In this document: one piece after another, positions 18,491-25,848 of the stretch
Position numbering within the stretch: position 1 is the first letter of the stretch
Layout of the letters: the number at the start of each line of letters is the position of its first letter
Assembly (NCBI GenBank): GCA_049517415.1
Contig: JBEKSC010000001.1
Coordinates: 96,001-160,000 of the forward strand
Source of the DNA: Candidatus Bathyarchaeia archaeon
GTDB lineage: Archaea; Thermoproteota; Bathyarchaeia; 40CM-2-53-6
DNA: 64,000 bases
Reading direction: 5' to 3'
Notes under the pieces: model-generated
Told to the model about the DNA's origin: nothing
Database searches by the model: none
The model's input: the letters and a program-made list of their open reading frames with translations, nothing else
Made by a program: the position numbers and the translations under genes

Positions 18491-19150
18491 CTAGACGCCT
18501 AGTGCACGGCTGATTTGCATCAGTTCAGCGCCGCGCGTCAATGGGCCTACGACAGCGCCCTTAGTATTCGCAAGTATCCCTGACTTGACGAATGGTACGC
18601 CACCGTTGGTGGAACTCTGTTCTACGGTCACATGCAATGCAGATGCAATCATTGACTGTTCTTCATTGAGCGCATTCGGGCTAACCAAAGCGCCTTTGTT
18701 AGTAGCTATAGCTAGGGAGCCAACAAAAGGCAATGCCCCAATTTCGCCCAAAGCAGAGGTCACTTCCAAGTGTTGATTCACGGCTGTAATTATCTCCGGA
18801 GGGGCGTCTTTGTGTATGACCGCACCGAGGTCGTTTGTCAAAACCACATTCCCCAGCGCAGTCCAGTTGGACTCGACTACTACCACTTTCGTGAATTCTT
18901 CAATCCTTTCTAATTCGTATTGTCGAATCGTGTGGGGAACCAGCACTCCGTTAGAGTTTCCGGTAACCAGCGCTCCTACTAAAGTGGAGCCGCCTATCGT
19001 GGTCTTGCAAACGCTTACGCCAAGCGTTTCTGTGAGTTGGTTGATCTTGCGGTTTGTTAGGCCTGGCGGCACTATGGCTACTTTTTCATTGCAGAAGCAA
19101 TATACGCCAATATTCGGGCTGCCGAAAACATCGGCTAGGATGACGGTCAT
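18491..19150 (-). CDS. eif6: Translation initiation factor 6 (aIF6)
   Basis: GSPNIGVY, GNSNG, TNKG pentein repeats. Confidence 0.95.
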   Translation of the reverse strand: MTVILADVFGSPNIGVYCFCNEKVAIVPPGLTNRKINQLTETLGVSVCKTTIGGSTLVGALVTGNSNGVLVPHTIRQYELERIEEFTKVVVVESNWTALGNVVLTNDLGAVIHKDAPPEIITAVNQHLEVTSALGEIGALPFVGSLAIATNKGALVSPNALNEEQSMIASALHVTVEQSSTNGGVPFVKSGILANTKGAVVGPLTRGAELMQISRALGV

Positions 19151-19192
19151 TCCTAGAGTCCCATAATGCCAGGTCGGCGAGCCAATACTGGT

Positions 19193-19618
19193 TTACGCCG
19201 CTTTTGCTGGGTAGACTATTACTTTACCTTCCTTATCCTTGACGGCACGAACTGTAATCTTCCTAGGCGGCTTGTTGATGCTTCGAGACCAGAGTGCCGC
19301 ATTAACTTCGTTGCTCATCGCTACCTCCTCTGCTTTCATGTGACGAGCAACGAAATCCCTTACGTCTCTTACCGCCCTCGGTGCCCTTTTGCCTCGAGCC
19401 GTTACGACCCAAACATGTCGGAGTGAAATCGTGTAGATTTTTTCCTCGACTACTTCTATTTCTTCTTCTCCTTCGGCCTCTTCTTCTTCGGCTGCAGGAG
19501 CTGTTTCGACGGGCGCCTTCTCTTCTTCTACCGGCTCAATAGCTTCGCTAACGGGCTCTTCCAGTTTTTCTTCTTCTGCCTCCACAACTTCTTCCTCTTT
19601 CGGCTCTGGTTCACTCAT
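19193..19618 (-). CDS. rpl31e: 50S ribosomal protein L31e with acidic N-terminal extension
   Basis: EKIYTISL...KRAPRAV...WSRSINKPPRKI core, preceded by ~55 aa of Glu-rich sequence. Confidence 0.95.
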   Translation of the reverse strand: MSEPEPKEEEVVEAEEEKLEEPVSEAIEPVEEEKAPVETAPAAEEEEAEGEEEIEVVEEKIYTISLRHVWVVTARGKRAPRAVRDVRDFVARHMKAEEVAMSNEVNAALWSRSINKPPRKITVRAVKDKEGKVIVYPAKAA

Positions 19619-19635
19619 TTAGGCTGTTTCTCCCT

Positions 19636-19791
19636 TTACGCTTTCAGCTTGGTCCTTCGCCAGTGCCGTTTCTTCGGGTGAGTCCTAGTGTGGCCAGATG
19701 TCCTCGCCATCACCCATGTTGGGACAGGTTTTCTAGTTTTGCCCGCACTAGCGAGCCTACGTTTTCGCGCTGTTGGTTTATTTCGTGCCAT
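19636..19791 (-). CDS. rpl39e: 50S ribosomal protein L39e
   Basis: Not in ORF track (51 aa): [51 protein letters not shown]. Confidence 0.97.
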   Translation of the reverse strand: MARNKPTARKRRLASAGKTRKPVPTWVMARTSGHTRTHPKKRHWRRTKLKA

Positions 19792-19794
19792 AAG

Positions 19795-20145
19795 TTAAGC
19801 TCTCCTAATTCTAATTTCCTTTCGTGAAGATTGTAGGCGGGCGAGCGCTTCCTTCAATTGCTCATCACTAATTGGAACTTTGATTCTTCCCGACTGTGCT
19901 AGTTGAATGAGCTGTAATTCGATTTGATCTGCGAATTCGGGTTTTACCATTCTGATGTTGGTCAACCTTTGCCTTGCCTCAGGGGTCAGTATCTGTTTAA
20001 GTGCACTTTGTTTTTGGGCTTCGATTTGTCTGCGGGTTTCTGCTTGCCTCTGTTCATCTATTGCTGAGCGTTGTAGGTCTGAGTATCTCCTTCGCCTAAT
20101 CTCTTCAAGTTCCTCGTCGGAGTAATCTTCATCCTCACTCATCAT
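19795..20145 (-). CDS. PDCD5-like DNA-binding protein
   Basis: ILTPEARQRLTNIRMVKPE; conserved position after rps19e. Confidence 0.94.
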   Translation of the reverse strand: MMSEDEDYSDEELEEIRRRRYSDLQRSAIDEQRQAETRRQIEAQKQSALKQILTPEARQRLTNIRMVKPEFADQIELQLIQLAQSGRIKVPISDEQLKEALARLQSSRKEIRIRRA

Positions 20146-20588
20146 GACTGGCCTTCCGCCTTCTGGGCACCCTTCAAAACATCGGCAGCAACTCGGTTGA
20201 GAAGGCTGATTCCTTCAGGCGTAAGCTTCCTACCCTTTTTGGCCTCAACGGCAATGAAACCTGCTTTCTGAAGTTGCTGAAGCGGTTCTCTAATAGCTGA
20301 GCCGCCGGCTACTCTGGAATGCTCAATATGCGTCCCATGACGTAAACGGCCTCCATACTCGACCCGAAGGCGGGCTATCCCCACTGGTCCGTGCAGGTAC
20401 AGTTTTCTTAGGAGGGAAGCGCAACGATTGTACCACCAATCCGGACTTGCCGGGGGGCGTTCCCGATGAGATCCTGTTTTTGCGGTCAATGCCCAACTTG
20501 GTGGTGCAACTTCACCTACGTTCTCCTTCAGGAATTTCGAGAGATTGTTGATTAGGGTATCTGAAGGAACATCTAGCGGTGTTGGCAT
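20142..20588 (-). CDS. rps19e: 30S ribosomal protein S19e
   Basis: KTGSHRERPP...WWYNRCASLLRKLY. Confidence 0.97.
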   Translation of the reverse strand: MPTPLDVPSDTLINNLSKFLKENVGEVAPPSWALTAKTGSHRERPPASPDWWYNRCASLLRKLYLHGPVGIARLRVEYGGRLRHGTHIEHSRVAGGSAIREPLQQLQKAGFIAVEAKKGRKLTPEGISLLNRVAADVLKGAQKAEGQS

Positions 20589-20677
20589 TGAGATTCATCC
20601 CGGTAATGGAATCTTGACGGTACAACCGGTGAGCGCCATATAAGTTTAGTTTGGAGAGTACGATCGGTAATTGTATT

Positions 20678-20956
20678 TTACCGCTTTCTTTCAAGTTTGG
20701 TTGTTTCGTGGCGTTTGTAAAGCGTGAAGGTGTGGCCCATAACTTCTACGAGGGTCGAGCCTGTCGAAGATGCTACTCTACCCGCCAAAATTGCGGTTTC
20801 AGTCTCCGCTAAGGCAGATTTCTGAACTTTAACTTTGACCAGTTCACGGCTTTTGAGCTGGTTTGCGACATGTTTCAACAGTTCCTTCGAGACACCTTCT
20901 TTACCAACCCAGATTGTTGGATCGGTTTCCCTGGATCTCGATTGTAACCGTCTCAT
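20678..20956 (-). CDS. YhbY/CRM RNA-binding protein
   Basis: PTIWVGKEGV...RELVKVK...GHTFTLYK; ATG overlaps the rnp4 stop. Confidence 0.9.
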   Translation of the reverse strand: MRRLQSRSRETDPTIWVGKEGVSKELLKHVANQLKSRELVKVKVQKSALAETETAILAGRVASSTGSTLVEVMGHTFTLYKRHETTKLERKR

Positions 20957-21291
20957 CCGTCTTTTTTCGAAAGTCGTTCCCTCACAGTGGGGTACCGTTT
21001 CTTTGTTCCACAATCCAGGCAGGTAATTAATACCGTTGTCCCAAGGTCGGACCGTGTTCTGACTCGGGAATTAACGCCTGGGACGAGTAAGCTTCCACAT
21101 CCCTTGCAGATGAAAAGCTTCTCTTCCTTAGGTAATCGAACTCCGGCCTTCATTCCGATTCTGCGGGCGAGTTCCACGTACCGTTTCGCCAGGTCCCGAT
21201 CCTTCGGGAAAGTGTTCTTTGCAAGCCCGAGGAGGATACGAATCCGTTCAAGCGCAATCTCTTTGATGTTTCCGCCCTTTCTCCAAACCAA
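20953..21291 (-). CDS. rnp4: RNase P protein component 4 (Rpp21)
   Basis: IALERI...RYVELARRI...CKGC...CLDCG..KRYP; start uncertain. Confidence 0.93.
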   Translation of the reverse strand: MVWRKGGNIKEIALERIRILLGLAKNTFPKDRDLAKRYVELARRIGMKAGVRLPKEEKLFICKGCGSLLVPGVNSRVRTRSDLGTTVLITCLDCGTKKRYPTVRERLSKKDG

Positions 21292-21372
21292 TGGGCCGAC
21301 CGCATCAAGGAGTAAGGGGATGATCTTGTAACCTTTTTGTGGCGCCACCGCGACAACGGATTCGACCCCTCC

Positions 21373-22095
21373 ATGGTATTGACCCTCGCTCTTGTAGAAT
21401 CGGCCTTACAGCTTGTCCCACGACAAATACAATCGCATCCACAGATCAAACGATACGCCGAACGAAGGTCAAAGAGCCCAGCTGAGGTTCTACTAGATAG
21501 GGCCTTTCATAATACAGCCATGCGTAAACTCGCTAAGATAGGATATTCGATTCCAGTTGAGAAGATGGGAAGGCCTGACATTATCCACAACACCCTCCTC
21601 CAAGTTCTTGAAACCCCCTTGAATTGGGAGGGACAACTTCGCGTCCTAGTCCATACTCAAGAGGACCAAGTCATCATCATAAATCCGAAAGTGCGTCTAC
21701 CGAAGAATTACGTTCGTTTCGTTGGATTAATTGAGCAACTCTTCGCACAGGGAAAGGTGCCGGAAAAAGGTGAGCCGCTTCTCAGTCTTGAGAAAGGAAA
21801 TGTCCGAAAGCTCGTGCGAATGGTTTCGCCGAACAAAGTCTTCGGGTTCAGTACGTTGGGCAAGCCATCTCTGTTACGGGTTATTTCGAATCAAATAAGT
21901 AGAACAAAAGCTCCTTTAGCTTTTATTGGCGGCTTTCCGAGGGGGCACTTTGCCGAAGAAACTAGGGGCGCGGTGAATGAGATTTTCTGCGTAGACCGAG
22001 AGCCGCTGGATGCATGGGTTGTGGCTGGGCGTTTCGTTTATGACTTTGAATGGGCATTAGGGCTCGCCAAAGACCGCGTAGATCTCATGAGATGA
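21373..22095 (+). CDS. nep1: 16S rRNA pseudouridine methyltransferase Nep1/Emg1
   Basis: GRPDIIH, RLPKNYVRFVGL, IGGFPRGHF. Confidence 0.93.
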   Translation: MVLTLALVESALQLVPRQIQSHPQIKRYAERRSKSPAEVLLDRAFHNTAMRKLAKIGYSIPVEKMGRPDIIHNTLLQVLETPLNWEGQLRVLVHTQEDQVIIINPKVRLPKNYVRFVGLIEQLFAQGKVPEKGEPLLSLEKGNVRKLVRMVSPNKVFGFSTLGKPSLLRVISNQISRTKAPLAFIGGFPRGHFAEETRGAVNEIFCVDREPLDAWVVAGRFVYDFEWALGLAKDRVDLMR

Positions 22096-22108
22096 AAAGG
22101 CGACTAAC

Positions 22109-22486
22109 ATGAGCGATGATTCGGAACTTGAGAGATTGAAACGCCAACGGTTAGCGGCGATGCAGAAGAGACTGAACGCGAAGCAAGAGCAAACCGCAGT
22201 CACATCTGGAAAACTCGATCCTGTAAAGATTTTAGAGAAAGTTTTCGTGGGACGCGCCTGGGAAGTTTACCATGCGACAAGGCAACAGTATCCTACAATA
22301 GCGGACCAGCTATTTCAAGAACTGGCCGAACTCGTCCGCCTTGGCCGAGTGAAAGGCCAGATTACGGGAGAACAACTATACGGGCTACTCCGCCAGATTG
22401 GTTTGGACGTTAGGCTAGAAACCAAAATCCAAGTCTTGGACCACGGCGAATTAAAGCCAATAGCGGACAAATTCCGGGGCGACTAG
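22109..22486 (+). CDS. Second PDCD5-like protein
   Basis: MSDDSELERLKRQRL...GRAWEV...GEQLYGLLRQIGLDVRLET. Confidence 0.75.
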   Translation: MSDDSELERLKRQRLAAMQKRLNAKQEQTAVTSGKLDPVKILEKVFVGRAWEVYHATRQQYPTIADQLFQELAELVRLGRVKGQITGEQLYGLLRQIGLDVRLETKIQVLDHGELKPIADKFRGD

Positions 22487-22680
22487 GGTAAGGCATCCTT
22501 AGGCAAATGTTCAGTTTCGTGCGGTTTCCCGTCGCCAGCGTCCACGAAGAGCTTTCCGCATTTTTCGCATCGCCAGGCCTCGAAATCCTTCAGGTGTGAA
22601 GGGGCTGCGCTTTCCAATCGTACGTCGAGGATGTATCTGCCAACAAAATCCATAGGCAGACTGCAATTTGGGCAGCGGAT
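22483..22680 (-). CDS. Zinc-ribbon microprotein (CPNC...CEKCG) lacking a canonical start codon
   Basis: 65-codon frame IRCPNCSLPMDF...WRCEKCGKLFV...; SD-like GAGGGTGA 6 nt before an ATC. Confidence 0.5.
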   Translation of the reverse strand: MRCPNCSLPMDFVGRYILDVRLESAAPSHLKDFEAWRCEKCGKLFVDAGDGKPHETEHLPKDALP

Positions 22681-22783
22681 CGTCTTTCACCCTCTACCGA
22701 GTGAGTACGATGCTTTCGCTGCTTCCTAAGTTATACTATTCAGCAACTTCGCCGGAAAAAAAGAGAGGGAAAAGATTCGCTGC

Positions 22784-23671
22784 CTACGTGGTAGTCAGAG
22801 TAGTTGCTGTGTTCGCTACGGTCGTCGTTGCGGTCACAGTTATGGTTGTCGCGCTTGCGGACGTATTTGTCTGTGTGACTGTTTGGTTGCTAGTTATAGT
22901 GAGGGTTATTGTTGCGGCTGATTGCGTTACTGTTTGCGTCGCCGTGACAGTTTGAGTTGCAGCGGAGCTTCCGACGGTCTCTGTGACCGTAGCCGGGTTG
23001 TTAGAAGTCTGAGTTACTGTTTGCGTTACGGTTACGCCTTGATTAGTAGTGATCGTCTGGGTGTTGTTCTGAGTTGAGGTTACAGTGCTTGTTTCGGTTA
23101 CTGTGACGGTTTGGGTCAGCTGACTTGTGCTGCTATTAGTGCTGTTAGTCGTGCTAGTTGTGGTCAGGTTGATAGAGATCGGGCCATTCAGAGATAGGAA
23201 GAAGTCTGAGGCAAGTTTGCTTTGAGGCGAAGTGAAAACCACATTGCTGCCCTGCATGTTGCCGTGCAGAATTAGCTCAGATCCACCTTGTGCATTGGTA
23301 TTGATTTGCAATGAACTCTTGTTGGTTCCTTCACCTTGCCCTCCCGAAAGAGGATAACTTTTGTTGTCGATTTGTAGCGAGCCTGAAAGGCTGCTGAATT
23401 GCATTATGCCGCCATTGGATGCGACGTTACCTGTCAAAGTTAGTGATGCGCTGCTCGAAGCGTTGCTGTTCTTACCTTTTCCGTTACCGTTGCCGTTCCC
23501 ATTTCCGTTACCGTTTCCGATCGGAGTTGCTTGACCTGTTGCGTTGATAGAGAATGTGCCCTGCTGTTGTAGGTGCTGGTCTGCAAAGATTGTTCCGGGC
23601 TGAACTGCGAGTAGTGTGACGACGAGGAGAAATGCTGCTAATGCGAGTTGTCGATTACTTGTTTTTTGCAT
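22784..23671 (-). CDS. Secreted Thr/Asn/Gly-rich surface protein
   Basis: N-terminal signal peptide, (GN)6 tract, beta-rich domain, long TVT/TQT Thr-rich tail. Confidence 0.8.
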   Translation of the reverse strand: MQKTSNRQLALAAFLLVVTLLAVQPGTIFADQHLQQQGTFSINATGQATPIGNGNGNGNGNGNGKGKNSNASSSASLTLTGNVASNGGIMQFSSLSGSLQIDNKSYPLSGGQGEGTNKSSLQINTNAQGGSELILHGNMQGSNVVFTSPQSKLASDFFLSLNGPISINLTTTSTTNSTNSSTSQLTQTVTVTETSTVTSTQNNTQTITTNQGVTVTQTVTQTSNNPATVTETVGSSAATQTVTATQTVTQSAATITLTITSNQTVTQTNTSASATTITVTATTTVANTATTLTTT

Positions 23672-23938
23672 TTATTCCCACCATTTTCCTAGTTCCCTTC
23701 TGGCATGGAGGTAGGTATATCAGTGTTTCGTAATCAGTACAACAATGTTCCATATGGTCGTTCGTGAGCTACGCGTAGGATGGGCAACTACGAAGCGTAG
23801 TCAAGGCTCGAAATCAAGAACCAACAGCGGAGAACCACACCAAGTTTACAGATCTTTCATAGGTGCGCGGTCCACTGACCCACACGCACGAAAATTGCCG
23901 CCTGAACGTTCACGAATGAATTTGCTTGAACTAGGAGA

Positions 23939-24346
23939 CTAGCCCACGATCTTGGTTATCTCCTTGATTATCTCGCCTTCTACATGCCTAGTCCACAGCA
24001 TCTCGGGCACATCTATTGCGAGAAATAATACTGAGAGAAGCAACGCTTCCGCGGCAGCCACCGCTATGTTCTGAATCCACTTTCCAATACCAACACGTAT
24101 TGTGAAGTCATTAGGCTGCCCCGCTATCATTATCGTGAATGCTCGATCTGCTGTAATAATATCCCGCAAGATCCCCGCCTTCTGAGCCTGGATAACTATT
24201 CCTATTGGCGGCGACGTGGATTGAACCTTGTAACCCTCCGATTGGAGTTGTTGCACTAACTGATCAGCTAACTGTTTCAAATCCTTATTCTTGCCTTGGA
24301 AGTGCAGAACCTTCTCAGAGACCATATGCATCCGAATGCTCTGCAT
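23939..24346 (-). CDS. Conserved hypothetical protein (likely start MVSEK 24325)
   Basis: Clean ORF with alpha/beta N-terminus and a hydrophobic segment. Confidence 0.7.
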   Translation of the reverse strand: MQSIRMHMVSEKVLHFQGKNKDLKQLADQLVQQLQSEGYKVQSTSPPIGIVIQAQKAGILRDIITADRAFTIMIAGQPNDFTIRVGIGKWIQNIAVAAAEALLLSVLFLAIDVPEMLWTRHVEGEIIKEITKIVG

Positions 24347-24539
24347 GTCATGCTCGCTTTAAATCTCTTCTGTGTCCGATCTCACCCCTGCAGGATACCG
24401 GATTTGAACTTGTCATCCGAATTGAAGGCCAGCACACAATTATCACGCGCGGAAGTCTTGCAGTAGAGGGCTCGTTATGATATACTTCCTCTAACGACAG
24501 AAACGGACAGGTCGTTTTAATCTCTCTATGTGAGGGTTA

Positions 24540-24671
24540 TGGTGCGGCCGCCGGGATTTGAACCCGGGCATCTTCTCGCCCCGTGTTAAGAGGCGATCAG
24601 AAGCGTGGCAGGCCTCCGTCAGCAAACTTCCGTTGCTGTTCCCGTCCTAGACCAGGCTAGACTACGGCCGC
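24540..24671 (-). tRNA. tRNA-Gly(GCC) with two non-canonical introns (~29/30 and 45/46), CCA encoded
   Basis: Removing 24614-24639 (26 nt) and 24570-24597 (28 nt) gives a 78-nt cloverleaf with acceptor GCGGCCG/CGGCCGC and anticodon loop CT-GCC-AC. Confidence 0.93.
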
Positions 24672-24844
24672 AACGATAACCGTGATGCACAACGTTGCCG
24701 TATAAAACGTTACTTCGATACATGTGTTGATACCCACACTACTCTTGCTGGGGCGTGATAGGTGGAACATCAGAATATCGAATGGCTCAGGGCCTACATC
24801 GACTCGATAGCGGATGCATGTCCCTCAGATTATGTTCCTATCGT

Positions 24845-25624
24845 TCATTTGCCTTTGAAGCGGGGTGGTCGTTTCTCTTGAAAAGCCCGGATTCCCTCTG
24901 CGTAGTCTTCGCTGTCGTAAACAATGCGCCGGTAGCTTTGGATTCTTTCCGCGGTTTCCGCATCGATAGTGGCCCCTTTCGAGAGGAGCGTGAACTGTTT
25001 CTTGAAAGCCTTTACTGCTAAGGGGGCGTTCTCAAGGATTTTGTCCGCCAACTCTCGTGTGAAACGTTCAAGGTCTGCTATGGGGACCAGGTGGTTCAAG
25101 ATTCCGACGGTCAGCGCGTCATTTGCGGTTATCGGGGTAGCAGTGAAGAACATCTCTTTCGCCTTGTTCAAACCGAGTGCGTTGATGAAGTGCATCATTC
25201 CGGAAGCGGTGTATGGAACTCCAATTTTTGCGGGTGTGATAGCGAAGGACGCGGTCTCAGAACCGACCAGTATGTCGCAAGTAAGCGCGAGGTCGCAGGC
25301 ACCGCCCCAGACACCGCCCTCAATCATGGCTAAGACCGGGCCAGAAAAGCTTTGGACGCGCCGTAGGAGGCGCCCGAACGGGGCTGCGTAGGCGAGCGGG
25401 TCCCTCCCGGGATGGGGGAGCTCATTAACATCATAGCCAGCGCTCCACACCTTCACGCCTGGCTGGGCACGCAGTATGACCACTCGAACTCCTGAAGCTT
25501 CGAACTCGTCTAGTGCGTTGCAGAACTCAAGGATCAACGCCGCGCTGAGAGAATTGCGCTTCTCAGGATTGTTAAGTGTGATTACGCCGAGCGCTCCGTC
25601 AACCTTCTTGAGAATTAGCGGCAT
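24845..25624 (-). CDS. scpB: Methylmalonyl-CoA decarboxylase (crotonase superfamily, ScpB-like)
   Basis: VVILRAQPGVKVWSAGYDVNELPHPGRDPLAY, EGGVWGGA and TPAKIGVPY closely follow E. coli ScpB motifs as I recall them. Confidence 0.8.
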   Translation of the reverse strand: MPLILKKVDGALGVITLNNPEKRNSLSAALILEFCNALDEFEASGVRVVILRAQPGVKVWSAGYDVNELPHPGRDPLAYAAPFGRLLRRVQSFSGPVLAMIEGGVWGGACDLALTCDILVGSETASFAITPAKIGVPYTASGMMHFINALGLNKAKEMFFTATPITANDALTVGILNHLVPIADLERFTRELADKILENAPLAVKAFKKQFTLLSKGATIDAETAERIQSYRRIVYDSEDYAEGIRAFQEKRPPRFKGK

Positions 25625-25764
25625 TCGAGAGTCACCCCATTGTCCTATGGCTTACGAAGTTTCTTGGAATGCACGTTGAAGAACTTACCTGCACCTTCGG
25701 GGGCTCACCCTGCTTTCGTACTAGCGTAACATAATCGGGTTCGGAATTCGCATTTGCGTATTAC

Positions 25765-25778
25765 TTCAACATGTTGAA
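25765..25778. promoter_or_regulatory. Perfect 14-bp palindrome in the scpB/ppsA divergent region
   Basis: TTCAACATGTTGAA, abutting an AT-rich TATA-like AAATATA. Confidence 0.4.
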
Positions 25779-25848
25779 ATATAGTACGAACGTTATGCGG
25801 AAGCTCGTTCACTTTCACTCACAAAAATCGCGGATTTGAGGATTCGTA

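Noticed and set aside
22668..22955. Val-rich, membrane-protein-like ORF
   Set aside because: Antisense of the Thr-rich tail (ACN codons read as GTN-rich on the other strand).
23478..23520. Short repeat tract as a possible CRISPR or VNTR
   Set aside because: It is the coding (Gly-Asn)n repeat, with no spacers. No CRISPR array or cas gene was seen in the window.
24390..24412. GGATTTGAAC copy of the tRNA-Gly T-loop ~150 bp downstream, as a possible attR
   Set aside because: Only 10 bp match, the acceptor part differs and no integrase is nearby.
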